IMG/VR virus record: IMGVR_UViG_3300020366_000001
Coordinates: 32,001-96,000 of that record
Reading direction: 5' to 3' (one strand)
DNA length: 64,000 bases
Origin: a virus
Lineage: Duplodnaviria > Caudoviricetes
Within the stretch, counting starts at the first letter, position 1. Each line of letters starts with the position of its first letter. The notes below the pieces were generated by a model. The model made no database searches and was not told the origin of the DNA. It saw nothing but the letters and a program-made list of their open reading frames with translations. Shown here piece by piece: positions 18,248-28,371 of the stretch. The translations under genes and the position numbers were made by a program.

Positions 18248-18892
18248 TTAAAGAGAGTTCAAGAAATTCTGGAACACTCTGAGTTTCCGCGTTTCAATTT
18301 CGCGGCGCTCACTTTCAGAAATGAACTTTTTATATTTAGCAACTTTAGATTCCTTAACGATACCGTTATCCCAGACCCACTCTTTACCTTCAAAGATGCC
18401 ATTGACAAAGGCATCAGGTGCGGAAGGATCGGCAACAATATCGGCGGCGGTTGCTAGCATAAAGTCATCTCTGACATAGTTAGCATCTTCGCGACGCTCC
18501 ACAGAACCAAGTCCACGTGAAGAGACGCCGAGTTTTACACCTTCATCTAGTAAGTTCTTAGCGATCCTACCCATTGGGGTGTCAAGGATTTTTGCCCTGC
18601 CAATAAAATTACTTCCCTCTTTTTTGAGAGAGGTAATACGATGAGACACGCGATCGAGATTGATGGTAGGACCATCAGGATGACCAAGCTCTCCAACAGC
18701 ACGAGAATTATTCACGTGTTCTTGGATGTACTTGTTCACTTCGCGCTCAAGAACAGACATCGGATAAACCCGACCATTGCGGTTCTTCAGTTCTGCCTGA
18801 AGGAAAACACCTTCAATATAATGAGACTTCTTGCCGTTTTTTTCTTCGACTAGAAGATTAACCTCTTCAATCGTTTCCGTTATCAGTTTCAT
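18248..18892 (-). CDS. gp21: Prohead protease gp21
   Basis: MKLITE, NRNGRVYP, GELGHP, LGVSSRGLGS, DIVADPSAPDAFV. Confidence 0.97.
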   Translation of the reverse strand: MKLITETIEEVNLLVEEKNGKKSHYIEGVFLQAELKNRNGRVYPMSVLEREVNKYIQEHVNNSRAVGELGHPDGPTINLDRVSHRITSLKKEGSNFIGRAKILDTPMGRIAKNLLDEGVKLGVSSRGLGSVERREDANYVRDDFMLATAADIVADPSAPDAFVNGIFEGKEWVWDNGIVKESKVAKYKKFISESERREIETRKLRVFQNFLNSL

Positions 18893-19085
18893 CGGTTTCG
18901 GGTTCTGCGGTTGCTTCTGGTTCTGCAAAATAAGTCTTCGCTAAGACATCAGCATAGTTGTCTAAAGTCTCTGCGGACTTGCCATACAGCATTTTGTTGA
19001 TGGCATCTACTGCTGCAGCACGATTGCCATCAGCAATAGCATCAACCGCCGCACGTGCGGAAGCTTCGGGTGTATTTGAATCCAT
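18867..19085 (-). CDS. Small acidic prohead-core-like protein (gp67/gp68 position)
   Basis: Located between gp20 and gp21, preceded by CTAAATA at 19106-19112. Confidence 0.65.
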   Translation of the reverse strand: MDSNTPEASARAAVDAIADGNRAAAVDAINKMLYGKSAETLDNYADVLAKTYFAEPEATAEPETDETDNGND

Positions 19086-19108
19086 AATAATGACCAGAAT
19101 ATTTCTAT

Positions 19109-20698
19109 TTAGCTATCCAGATCGCTAGACCCCGTAGTGGCACCTAGGTCTGGTTGATTTTCAGGTAGAGCTGCATCAATTGGAACGATCGAAGGGATGA
19201 TTCCAGCAGACCTTTCTGCTTTAATTTGAGCTTCAATTTCTTTCTGCTCAGACTCAGTTTGATGCAAGATATTTGCCTTGATATACTCCGCAGAGAAATA
19301 ACGACCGAGGTATGGTTCCATCTTGACTGCCAGATCCATACGATTGCCGATGAGCTCTGCTTCTTTTAGTTCGTTAAAATGATTGTCGAAGAGGAAATCA
19401 TATTGGATATGCTCACGCATATCTTCCCACTCTTCAATGCTGATGACTCGTTTCAGAACGAGTTGAGTCTTCAGAATATCATCAAACAGAACAGAAAACT
19501 TTTTACGGAGGCGACCGACGAACTTGGAAAATTTAAGTTCGTCACGAAGAATCTCATTACTTCTTCCGAGACTAAATCCTTTTTCTCCATCTAACCGACT
19601 CGGGGGTAAGTTGAGCGATTTAAAGAGCTTCGTTCTGAAGTACTCTACATCTTTTAATTCACCAAGGTTTTGCCCGCCAGGCAGGGTAGAAATTTCGGTA
19701 CCGCGCCCTCCCTCGCGGCGAGGAAGCCAGAAGTCTTCCAGCATAGACATATGCTTTTTGTCATCGCGAATCTCACCCGTGTTAGCATCATAAACCAGTT
19801 TGTTGCGATACCGATTCATCACATCGCGCAGGTATTGTTCCGCCTTATTCTTCGGCAGATTACCTACATCGATGTAGAAAATCCTACGCTCAGGTGCTCT
19901 ACTCAAACGGTAGATAACCAAAGCATCTTCGATCATTCTCAACTGGTTGAGAGACTTGATCGCTTTATGTAAGAACGACAGTGTGGTTTTTTGGTTGAGA
20001 TCCATCAACCCCGAATTGGTGTGAGCAATAGCATCCATCGCAATGCGGATACCTTTTTGCTCGGGTCCATTCATATTGAGGAACCCTTTCGGATTGTAGA
20101 TATAGTACTCTTCGTGATTACCAAAATCGTAATCAAGAGCAGACTGTTCTCTACCGAGACGACGTGCCTCGTTAGGATCTTTATCGTTCTTCTTCATCTC
20201 CCGAACTTTCTTGATCTTTAGAGGATCAATGTAACGGAGTTCGGTGATACCCTGCTTAGGGTTATTTAAATCAATGACTTTATGATAATATAATCTGCCA
20301 TCGATATACCAGCGTCTAAAAATTTCGTGAGATTTGCGGTCAAAATCAATAAGACGTTTGACGTTTTCAAATTCTTCGCGAATTTTAGTCTTGATGTTGT
20401 CTCCAACCTCAAGGTTAGACAACTCAATCTGTACAGGTGTGTCGTTCAGATCTGAAATAATGGCTTCATTAACCACCTCGTCGATGGCAGTATCGACTTC
20501 TGGGTGTAGCGCCATATCACGATAGCGGCGAATCAACTCGTACTCGTTACGAGCTTTCGCGCCGCCATCTAGATCGACATATTGTCCAAAATAACCACCA
20601 GCAATTGTGGTGATAGAATCATCTTGTGACGGAGGGATCGGGGACTGACCCTTCGGTCCCTCCTTTCTCTTAATTGAGAATCCAAACAACTGAGCCAT
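19109..20698 (-). CDS. gp20: Portal protein gp20
   Basis: MAQLFGFSI, WYIDGR, YRLSRAPERRIFYIDVGNLP, EDFWLPRREGGRGTEI. Confidence 0.99.
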   Translation of the reverse strand: MAQLFGFSIKRKEGPKGQSPIPPSQDDSITTIAGGYFGQYVDLDGGAKARNEYELIRRYRDMALHPEVDTAIDEVVNEAIISDLNDTPVQIELSNLEVGDNIKTKIREEFENVKRLIDFDRKSHEIFRRWYIDGRLYYHKVIDLNNPKQGITELRYIDPLKIKKVREMKKNDKDPNEARRLGREQSALDYDFGNHEEYYIYNPKGFLNMNGPEQKGIRIAMDAIAHTNSGLMDLNQKTTLSFLHKAIKSLNQLRMIEDALVIYRLSRAPERRIFYIDVGNLPKNKAEQYLRDVMNRYRNKLVYDANTGEIRDDKKHMSMLEDFWLPRREGGRGTEISTLPGGQNLGELKDVEYFRTKLFKSLNLPPSRLDGEKGFSLGRSNEILRDELKFSKFVGRLRKKFSVLFDDILKTQLVLKRVISIEEWEDMREHIQYDFLFDNHFNELKEAELIGNRMDLAVKMEPYLGRYFSAEYIKANILHQTESEQKEIEAQIKAERSAGIIPSIVPIDAALPENQPDLGATTGSSDLDS

Positions 20699-20727
20699 TA
20701 TATTTTGGAGAATACCTAATACTTAGG

Positions 20728-20735
20728 TATTTATA
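20728..20735 (-). promoter_or_regulatory. Late promoter TATAAATA (gp20)
   Basis: Exact consensus 30 nt upstream of the ATG. Confidence 0.8.
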
Positions 20736-20738
20736 GAC

Positions 20739-21329
20739 TCAGGAAATACCGTTATCGTACTTCTCGGAATTGCTACCAGCGGTCCAGTACTGGACTTGGA
20801 ATTCAACAGTGAATTCTTCAATCTGATCATTGCTGTCATAAGCAAGATCAATCTGGGAAACCTGAGTAGGGAAGCAACCCCACAGTTTGTAAGACTTGAC
20901 ATAGTTGTCTGCCTTCTCTTCACCAGAGCGACCGAGTTGGTGAACAACCAGATCCTTGGTGTATCCATCAGCAGCACTGTCAGGATTGACGAGTTCTGCA
21001 ATGTTTTCTTCGTGAGCGTTGATCTTCTGTAACCAACCCTCAAACAGGTTGCGCAGACGGAAGTTGGTGTCGTTAATGATGGTGACACTCCAAGTGTCGA
21101 AGGTTCTGTCGCCAGCAACCTTTACGACACGCCCTCTGAAGGGCACGTCGATAACACCAAGGTTAGATGCGGGGAGAGCAGCTGCCTTGCAAAGGAAGGA
21201 ACCGAGTTCTCTGTCAGACTGGGTAACACCCAGTCCAGACGGCCAATCTAACTTGACACGGAATAGATTTGGTTTGACTCCACTCTTTACTTTTGAGAGG
21301 AAGTCCTTAACGTTACTTGAGACTGCCAT
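20739..21329 (-). CDS. gp19: Tail tube protein gp19
   Basis: FLCKAAALPAS, PFRGR..KVAGDRTFDTW, IEEFTVEFQVQYW; CTAAATA at 21353-21359. Confidence 0.97.
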   Translation of the reverse strand: MAVSSNVKDFLSKVKSGVKPNLFRVKLDWPSGLGVTQSDRELGSFLCKAAALPASNLGVIDVPFRGRVVKVAGDRTFDTWSVTIINDTNFRLRNLFEGWLQKINAHEENIAELVNPDSAADGYTKDLVVHQLGRSGEEKADNYVKSYKLWGCFPTQVSQIDLAYDSNDQIEEFTVEFQVQYWTAGSNSEKYDNGIS

Positions 21330-21371
21330 TGGTTTTTATACCTCTATGAGTTTATTTAGAAAGAGAGTGGA

Positions 21372-23552
21372 TCATCTGCCGATGATTTCATCGAACGAAA
21401 CACCAGTGCGGGTAGCAACGAAGGTGATCGTGATGAAGTTAATCGAGCGAGAAGGCTTCAGATAGATCTCAGCAACGAATTCGTTACGGTCGATCACATC
21501 GCCAGTGTTGTTGGTCTCATCGCAGACCACCAGATAATCGGTGACGCCGCGACGTGCTTGGACTTCGCGGAGATAACCACCAACAGCACCAGAGAAACTG
21601 GAGCGAGTGATTTCGTCGTTCAGATCGAACAGCACGTTCTTAGCGAATGCTTCGATTTGCTTCTCCACCACCAGGAACAGGCGACGAACGTTGATACGGT
21701 CGAAGGAAGAAGGAGTGCTGAGTGCGGTCTTGTCACCAAACAGGACGGTGCCGCGACCAGGGAACGTGGAGATAGGATTCACACGTGCCTGATACAACTT
21801 ATCGCGATCAGACTTAGCAGGAGTGTAAGCAAGTTTGATCACGTTACGAATGACGCCACGGTTGAATCCAGCAGGAGAGAACCAGGGGTCAATGTTGCGA
21901 GCAGTTTCAACACACAGACCAGCAACGTCGCCATTGCAAGGCACGTAGCGATAAGTGTCATTGAAGCGATCGTAGATGTACTTCCAACCGCTATCAAACA
22001 CAGCGTAAGAAGTAGAAGAACCAACGCCATCGAAGAAGTCGATTACGTTGTCACGTTGGGCAGCAACGTTAGTAGCGAGAGTACCGAGAACTGCGCCTCT
22101 GTAAGGAGAGACGAACGCCATACAATCCTTACGTGCAGAAGCGATATTCACGCACTTCTGAGCAACGGTGATCGAATCAACGCGAGCAGCGAGGAGAGGA
22201 CCAGCAAGGATGAAGTCAAGACCGATGGACTCAGTATCAGCGAAGTAATCGTAACCAGCAGTCAGATCACCAGCATCAACAGCATAACCATCAACGCCAC
22301 CAGCCATTGTGTAGGACTGATAACCGAGCATCGTGTAGTTGCGTCCAGACTCGATACCAGATCCCCAGATTCCAGTGGTGTAACCACCATAGGAAGCAGT
22401 GGTGTTGGTGGAGTCGTGCTTACCCCAGTAGAGATAAGCAGAACCAAAGCGGAGAACGTTAGCGTAGTAGTTGTCAGCGCCTTCGGTAGTTTGTGCCAGA
22501 GCGGACTTAGACAGATTCTGGAACTTCTCCAGCATACTGTTCTTAGAACCAGTCAGTCTGCCAGTGGCATCCAGAACCACAATGCTCAGTTCGTCATACT
22601 TAGAACCGAAGTTGGCAGCGTAGGTAGAGGTGCCAGGGCGGGACACCAGGGTGTTCCAGTTGATGTCAGTGCCAGACAGTTTGACGTTATCCCACCACTT
22701 CGTAGCAGCGGAAGTATCGAAAGCAGTCAGTTCAGTGACAGCAGCGCCGTCAGCGTGAGCAGCAGCTGCAGTGCCCATTGCACCACGGGTGACTGCCAGT
22801 TGAGGTGCAGAACTAACATCGGTGACAAGAACGATCTCGCTGCCAATCAGCAGATAGTCGTTATCAGCAATGCCAGTGCCAGAAGCAACAGTGATGGTTG
22901 CATCGCCAGCAGCAACAGCACCGTTCAGAGTAGTAGCGGTGCCACCAGTCTGTGGAACGAGCAGGTTGCCAGTACCAACAGCAAAGTTGCCGTTGGTTTC
23001 AAAAACTTTGAGTGCAGCAGATCCTGCAGCAGCGGCAAACAACTTACCAGAAACACCGTTAGCGGTGTAGACGGTAGTGCCAGCAGCGGCAGTAACAGAA
23101 GCACCAGCGGTCAGATCGAAGTCGTAACCGTGGTCAACAACGTGAACGCTAATGTTGTTACCATAAGTACCAGCGCTCTTGGCAGCATAGTGCCAGTTTT
23201 GAGCACCATCGAAGTGGTTGGTAACGTACTCGCCATCGTTCTCGATGAGTTGAGCGGTAGCACTATCGGTAACTGCGTTAACCAGAGTGCTTGCGCCAAC
23301 ACGAACAACTTGCAGTTGTCCGCCATAAGAGAGGAAGTTTGTAGCGGTGAACCAGAACTCCGCATTATCTGCATTGGGAGCTCCAAAAGTCTCAAGGAGA
23401 CCTTTCTCGTTCAGAATGTTTGTAATTTCGTTTACTGGACCTCTTTCAAAAGGTCCAACAATTGCACCAACGTTGTCGATAGTACTATCGATACGTGCGT
23501 TGGTTAGGTCGCGTTCTTTAATAACAACGCCAGGTGATACTTGCCCTGCCAT
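21372..23552 (-). CDS. gp18: Tail sheath protein gp18
   Basis: SPGVVIKERDLT, PWFSPAGFNRG, FDRINVRRLF, KPSRSINFI; ATAAATA at 23593-23599. Confidence 0.98.
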   Translation of the reverse strand: MAGQVSPGVVIKERDLTNARIDSTIDNVGAIVGPFERGPVNEITNILNEKGLLETFGAPNADNAEFWFTATNFLSYGGQLQVVRVGASTLVNAVTDSATAQLIENDGEYVTNHFDGAQNWHYAAKSAGTYGNNISVHVVDHGYDFDLTAGASVTAAAGTTVYTANGVSGKLFAAAAGSAALKVFETNGNFAVGTGNLLVPQTGGTATTLNGAVAAGDATITVASGTGIADNDYLLIGSEIVLVTDVSSAPQLAVTRGAMGTAAAAHADGAAVTELTAFDTSAATKWWDNVKLSGTDINWNTLVSRPGTSTYAANFGSKYDELSIVVLDATGRLTGSKNSMLEKFQNLSKSALAQTTEGADNYYANVLRFGSAYLYWGKHDSTNTTASYGGYTTGIWGSGIESGRNYTMLGYQSYTMAGGVDGYAVDAGDLTAGYDYFADTESIGLDFILAGPLLAARVDSITVAQKCVNIASARKDCMAFVSPYRGAVLGTLATNVAAQRDNVIDFFDGVGSSTSYAVFDSGWKYIYDRFNDTYRYVPCNGDVAGLCVETARNIDPWFSPAGFNRGVIRNVIKLAYTPAKSDRDKLYQARVNPISTFPGRGTVLFGDKTALSTPSSFDRINVRRLFLVVEKQIEAFAKNVLFDLNDEITRSSFSGAVGGYLREVQARRGVTDYLVVCDETNNTGDVIDRNEFVAEIYLKPSRSINFITITFVATRTGVSFDEIIGR

Positions 23553-23635
23553 CTTGTATGTCTCCTGAAAAGATTCCAGTGTAGTCTTAAGTTATTTATT
23601 ATTTTAGACCTTTCAAACGGGGAAACAGGACGTAA

Positions 23636-23869
23636 TCACCAATCTGGGTATTCCCAACCTCTCTCAAAGGCACGACTAGATCGTCTATACCCTTTGTTTC
23701 TTTGGATGGTGCACTCTTTGCATTCGTATGAATATGACGATGGGACTGGTCCTTTATCTTTTCTTGTACGATAAAAACCATCTACTAGATCTTTTGTCTT
23801 TCCACAGGTTCTACACTTCCTTTCAACGAATAGTAAGTGCTCTAATGAAAAGTCGTTATCTAGATCCAT
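23636..23869 (-). CDS. Small zinc-finger protein
   Basis: RKCRTCG...FY...YECKEC (two CxxC pairs). Confidence 0.7.
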   Translation of the reverse strand: MDLDNDFSLEHLLFVERKCRTCGKTKDLVDGFYRTRKDKGPVPSSYSYECKECTIQRNKGYRRSSRAFERGWEYPDW

Positions 23870-23873
23870 CGTA

Positions 23874-25538
23874 TTAAACAAACGGTAGCATATAATCCAC
23901 AGAATACTGTTTCGATCCATACTCATCTACCTGCCATACATTTCCATCTTCATCGACGATAGTTTCCTCTTGCAAACCATTATCCATAAAACCGAATGGT
24001 GCCATATCCTGTTCGATTTCATTCTTGCGTTCGTCGTAGATTCTCTTCCTAATATCTTGATCTGACATTTCACGGAAGTAATCTTGCATAACAATCCACG
24101 CAAAGATCACGTTGCACATAACAAGGTCATCGTGATATCCTTCGTCTGCTTCAAAAGAATCTTTCTTCTGAACAAATGTGGTTAGTTCGGCAATGGTTTC
24201 ATAATCATTGATCATCAGTTTATCTTCTTCGATCAATGCTTTGAGGTTGGAACAACCAATCTTCTTCACAGTCTTAGACATCTTGACACCTAGTTGTGTC
24301 TTGCCACCAGAGAATCCCATACCTAAGATCTGTCCAGCACGTCCGCGCATTGCGCACATCAGAACATTGTCGTATTCCAGATCGTAGTTGATAATAGTTG
24401 CAACCTGATCACCAATATCGTTGACTTCAACACATATAAAAGCGCTGTTGTAATTTCTGGCAACGTCTACTATAATGTTCGGGAAGAGGAGGGGTTTGAT
24501 TTCGTTATTACGATACTTGCCCACCATCCTATATGGAAACTCTGTTGTATCAAAGATACAGAATGCAGAGTAGTCTAAGGATGAACCCCGTGAAACATCT
24601 ACTGTTATTACATAGTTGTGCCCCTCCTTGCGTGGCTCATATATGTCGAGTCCCGCGTTCCTTGTGATAGGGGTGTCAAAAGACAGAGACTTAAGTTTAC
24701 TAGGTGCGATTAAAGTGTCCTGCGACCCTAGGAATTCGCACTCAAACTCTTGAGTAAACTGTCGTTTGGAAGTGTTACGAATGGTCTGTTCCTTCCATTT
24801 GGCATCTCTACCAGGAACTTCTGACCAGTGTACTTCCGTTGTTACATATTCGTTTCTATCCTTCAGGGCATCGTTCCACATCTTGTAGAACATATTCATC
24901 CCGTTGGGAGTAGAAATGATAATTACTTTTGATTTCTGACCTGAACTAATCGTCGGATAAACGGAACTAAAAAACTGATCGCAAATATGGTTGGGGATAA
25001 ACGCAAATTCATCAAGAAAGATAACGTTAAAAGACATACCACGGACAGCAGAGGCACTAGTAGAAGCTGCCATAATTTTTGATCCATTTTCTAACTCCAG
25101 TGATCCTCTGTTCCACGCTACAATCCCCTGCTGCATCCAACGCGGCAAGTTTTCATAACTTAACTGCAAACGAGATAACATCTCACGTGCAGTAGCTGCT
25201 TTGTTTGCAAGAATAGCGATATTAACGTTATCATTAAATAACGCATAATGCAACAGGTAAGTCGTCACAATAGTGGACTTACCTGACTGCCGTGGAAGTT
25301 TGGCAATGTTAAATCTATGCCTGTGAAACTTCCACATCATTTCTTTCTGAAAGTCATACATCTTGAAAGGCACGAGACCTGTGTCGATGTTGACGATCTT
25401 CAAATATTTGCCAGCAAAATATACAGGGTTATCCCTGCACTTAATATACTCAGCAACTTGTTCTTTGGTAAAGTTCTGAGTAGTATTAGCTTTCTTTAGA
25501 TTGGGATTACCAAGATATATGTCACTCTGTGCAGGCAT
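23874..25538 (-). CDS. gp17: Terminase large subunit gp17
   Basis: YLGNPNLK, PRQSGKST, FLDEFAF, STPNG, HDDLVM. Confidence 0.98.
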   Translation of the reverse strand: MPAQSDIYLGNPNLKKANTTQNFTKEQVAEYIKCRDNPVYFAGKYLKIVNIDTGLVPFKMYDFQKEMMWKFHRHRFNIAKLPRQSGKSTIVTTYLLHYALFNDNVNIAILANKAATAREMLSRLQLSYENLPRWMQQGIVAWNRGSLELENGSKIMAASTSASAVRGMSFNVIFLDEFAFIPNHICDQFFSSVYPTISSGQKSKVIIISTPNGMNMFYKMWNDALKDRNEYVTTEVHWSEVPGRDAKWKEQTIRNTSKRQFTQEFECEFLGSQDTLIAPSKLKSLSFDTPITRNAGLDIYEPRKEGHNYVITVDVSRGSSLDYSAFCIFDTTEFPYRMVGKYRNNEIKPLLFPNIIVDVARNYNSAFICVEVNDIGDQVATIINYDLEYDNVLMCAMRGRAGQILGMGFSGGKTQLGVKMSKTVKKIGCSNLKALIEEDKLMINDYETIAELTTFVQKKDSFEADEGYHDDLVMCNVIFAWIVMQDYFREMSDQDIRKRIYDERKNEIEQDMAPFGFMDNGLQEETIVDEDGNVWQVDEYGSKQYSVDYMLPFV

Positions 25539-25694
25539 TTATTCTTCTAGAAATTCGGGTTCATAAAGAGGGCAGGGTTCTTCTGCCAAGGTTTCATTCT
25601 TTTTCTTTTGGAGTTTGCGCTGTAGTTCGCGCATCTCCTCTTCCTCTAAAACCTCTTGAGCCATTCCCCAAGAGTTAGTCTGATTGTTGTTCAT
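25539..25694 (-). CDS. Small hypothetical protein, 51 aa
   Basis: Manual translation: MNNNQTNSWGMAQEVLEEEEMRELQRKLQKKKNETLAEEPCPLYEPEFLEE. The stop abuts the gp17 ATG. Confidence 0.55.
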   Translation of the reverse strand: MNNNQTNSWGMAQEVLEEEEMRELQRKLQKKKNETLAEEPCPLYEPEFLEE

Positions 25695-25914
25695 CGGGTT
25701 TCGTAGCAGTAGCGTGTTCGATGTTGTATTCTTGCATCATAGCAAACAACCTCACCTTCATAAGGTGCAACCAATCCTGCTCTTCAGCGGGGCGAGCAGG
25801 AGATCCAGGCCATTTTTCAATAGAGTAGCAGACGTGTGAGTACATCGCACGAACTTCGTCGATGCCCATAAACATCTGCATACACCATTCATCACTATGA
25901 TCGTAGTCGTCCAT
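25675..25914 (-). CDS. Hypothetical cyanophage protein
   Basis: ...WPGSPARPAEEQ..L..MK.RLFAM; coupled to petE. Confidence 0.7.
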   Translation of the reverse strand: MDDYDHSDEWCMQMFMGIDEVRAMYSHVCYSIEKWPGSPARPAEEQDWLHLMKVRLFAMMQEYNIEHATATKPDEQQSD

Positions 25915-26237
25915 TAGGAAACGTGTACAGTACCGATCATTCCCGCACCTTTATGGGGATCACACCAGAAGGTGAAATCGCCAGACTCTGGGAATGTCAC
26001 TTCAAAACTTTCTCCACCTGCAAAGGCGAGACCATCGTGAGACCACTCAGGGTGATCTTCAATAATAACATTATGAGGAGGAAGCATACCGTTGACAAAA
26101 GTAACGGTGTCACCTGCAGAGATATTAATTTCTGAAGGTTCAAATACTAGGTTGCCATTAGCACCCATAGTAACTTCTACTGCCCACGCAGGAGCAGCGA
26201 GGAAAAGAACAGCAAAAAGAGAGATAATAAATTTCAT
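25914..26237 (-). CDS. petE: Plastocyanin
   Basis: Signal peptide (APAWA); copper ligands PHNV and C-D-P-H-K-G-A-G-M. Confidence 0.96.
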   Translation of the reverse strand: MKFIISLFAVLFLAAPAWAVEVTMGANGNLVFEPSEINISAGDTVTFVNGMLPPHNVIIEDHPEWSHDGLAFAGGESFEVTFPESGDFTFWCDPHKGAGMIGTVHVS

Positions 26238-26437
26238 TTGTCGATGTATTCTTTGATAACTTCTAATTGATCGTGATAGTGGGAGATCTGATCTAGTTCT
26301 GCTTCGATAGCAGACATAACGTCAGGGTGTTCACCAATACCAACTGGGTTGGCAAGGTAAACCTCAACGTTCATTCTGTGCTTTTTGATTGCTCCCATAG
26401 CGTGTGCTTTGAGAGCATCTAACATTTCGCGTCTCAT
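26234..26437 (-). CDS. Hypothetical phage protein
   Basis: NVEVYLANPVGIGEHPD motif; ATGA coupling at both ends. Confidence 0.75.
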   Translation of the reverse strand: MRREMLDALKAHAMGAIKKHRMNVEVYLANPVGIGEHPDVMSAIEAELDQISHYHDQLEVIKEYIDK

Positions 26438-26892
26438 AATAGGGTACCTCTTGTTCTACGAATTTCGCGCAGTTCTTCAAAGTCTTTTTGTTTGGTTCCA
26501 CCGTCATACGACCAAGCGTAACCTTCATCAATCATCTGTTCATTTAGTGATAATTCTGCATCTCCAATATATAACCAACCAAGAAGGCGACCATACTTAC
26601 CCACGCCACCAACCAGTTCAGTTCTAACAGTAAGTTCATCGTCTCCACTGATAGCACCATCTAACTTATCCTTAAGCCAGTTTGTTGCGTCAATACCGAG
26701 CGCTTTTTCTTCAAGGTCTCGTGTTCGTTTTTCTGGGGTATCAACCCCAGCAACTCTAACTCTCTCCTTTTTATAAAGGTCAAAACCGAGATCGATAGTA
26801 ACATCGATGGTGTCTCCGTCGAGTACTTTATCTATTGAGACAACTCTAAAGTTGTAACAACTCTTACGACTCGGGGGTGTCATCGCTCCCAT
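26434..26892 (-). CDS. Thermonuclease (SNase-like) protein
   Basis: VLDGDTIDV, RVRVAGVDTPE, KYGRLLG, LNEQMIDEGYA. Confidence 0.88.
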   Translation of the reverse strand: MGAMTPPSRKSCYNFRVVSIDKVLDGDTIDVTIDLGFDLYKKERVRVAGVDTPEKRTRDLEEKALGIDATNWLKDKLDGAISGDDELTVRTELVGGVGKYGRLLGWLYIGDAELSLNEQMIDEGYAWSYDGGTKQKDFEELREIRRTRGTLL

Positions 26893-27028
26893 CTTCTAGT
26901 TCCTCAAAGGCATACTTCATAATGGTATATATGTAATAAGCAACTCCTGCCAAGAGTATCACTAGCATCCAGATGATACTCCAGGTAATATCGTTGGGAT
27001 TTGCCAGGGGGCGAAGAAATAAATTCAC
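26864..27028 (-). CDS. Small single-TM protein, 54 aa
   Basis: Manual translation: (M)NLFLRPLANPNDITWSIIWMLVILLAGVAYYIYTIMKYAFEELEDGSDDTPES. GTGA overlap with the zwf stop. Confidence 0.65.
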   Translation of the reverse strand: MNLFLRPLANPNDITWSIIWMLVILLAGVAYYIYTIMKYAFEELEDGSDDTPES

Positions 27029-28371
27029 GCGGGGAAATCCCAATTAGTAATAAAGTCTATCTTATTGCAAGGTCCCCAAGTTCCACTATCGTAAAGGTAA
27101 GGAGCAGTACGAACAGGGCAAGACTCACCAGTGCAAAGAAGATCATCTACGATTCTCCAAGACTCTAAAACTTCATCAGCGTGGACAAAGTGTGATTGAT
27201 CTTGGTGAAGAGCAGCATATAATAAACGAACATATCCATCCATAGCACCTTCAGGATATGGGTGAGTGAGTGTTGCAGTCTCTACATTATTAGTCAAACC
27301 AGGAGCCTTCATATCGATACGAATGTCTAGGTGAGGATCTGGTTGGAACCTCATCACAATACGATCGTTATATTCGTGTCCCTCAAAGATTTGAATAGGT
27401 GGTGCTTTGAGTTTAATAACTACCTCAACACACTGATAAGGCATTCTCTTACCAGTCATAAAGTAGAATGGGACATCTTGCCATCTCCAGTTGTCGATGT
27501 AGATATCACCTGCCACAAACGTTTGAGTCATCGAATGTGGATCAACACCTTCTTCGGTGCGATAGGATTTATATTGTCCCGTAAGTAATTTGGTTCCTAG
27601 ACGAGCAGCAGAAAGTACTTTTGTTTTTTCTCTGCGAATCTCCCTAGCAGTATTTTTGCTTGGTGCTTCCATTGCAATCAATGACAAAACCTGTAGCATA
27701 TGGTTTTGTAGCATATCTCTTACAGCACCAGCACCATCATAATATTGTGCTCTACCTTCACACCCAATAGTTTCAGTTGCAAAGATCTGTACTTCTTCTA
27801 TGTACTGACGGTTCCAAAGTGGTTCCAGAAGAATATTGCTAAACCTTGTAGCAAGAATATTGTTGACAGTATCTTTACCAAGATAATGGTCAATGCGATA
27901 GATCTGTTTTTCGCGTAGATGTCGCTCAACCACAGACTGTAAATGATTAGCAGATTCAAGGTCGTGCCCAAAGGGTTTCTCCACAACCACACGCGATCTT
28001 TCTGGGTTGTCGAGGAATCCTGCTTCTTTGAGATTGATGATAGCATCCGCATAAGTTTCTGGCGGTACGGATAAAAAATAAGTAGTATCTTCGCTAGGAT
28101 CGTGTAAATGATTTAGACTTTCTTTGCAGGATAAATCACATTGGATAAAATCCATCCAGTCTGTAAATTCTACTGGATAGTCTCCCAATCTTTTCAACCA
28201 ATCTTCTTTGGTGAGTTCTCTGCGAGATGCACCAACAATCAATAGATTGGGTGGTAATAGATCTTTGGACCATAGATCATATAATGCTGGAATTAGTTTT
28301 CGCTTTGCAAGATCTCCAGTTGCACCAAAGATAACAATACGTCTACTAATGGGCGGTTCCGTTTCCGTCAT
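27025..28371 (-). CDS. zwf: Glucose-6-phosphate 1-dehydrogenase
   Basis: IFGATGDLAKRKL, EKPFG, YRIDHYLGK, RDMLQNH; start placed at MTETEPP. Confidence 0.97.
   Translation of the reverse strand: MTETEPPISRRIVIFGATGDLAKRKLIPALYDLWSKDLLPPNLLIVGASRRELTKEDWLKRLGDYPVEFTDWMDFIQCDLSCKESLNHLHDPSEDTTYFLSVPPETYADAIINLKEAGFLDNPERSRVVVEKPFGHDLESANHLQSVVERHLREKQIYRIDHYLGKDTVNNILATRFSNILLEPLWNRQYIEEVQIFATETIGCEGRAQYYDGAGAVRDMLQNHMLQVLSLIAMEAPSKNTAREIRREKTKVLSAARLGTKLLTGQYKSYRTEEGVDPHSMTQTFVAGDIYIDNWRWQDVPFYFMTGKRMPYQCVEVVIKLKAPPIQIFEGHEYNDRIVMRFQPDPHLDIRIDMKAPGLTNNVETATLTHPYPEGAMDGYVRLLYAALHQDQSHFVHADEVLESWRIVDDLLCTGESCPVRTAPYLYDSGTWGPCNKIDFITNWDFPA

Noticed and set aside
21558-23507. 649-aa plus-strand ORF antisense to gp18
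   Set aside because: It is a mirror frame caused by the strong codon bias of a highly expressed gene, with no motifs, RBS or promoter.
23874-25538. Intein or intron in terminase, portal, UvsW or gp46
   Set aside because: Lengths are ordinary, motifs are contiguous, and no splice-junction or homing-endonuclease signatures were seen.
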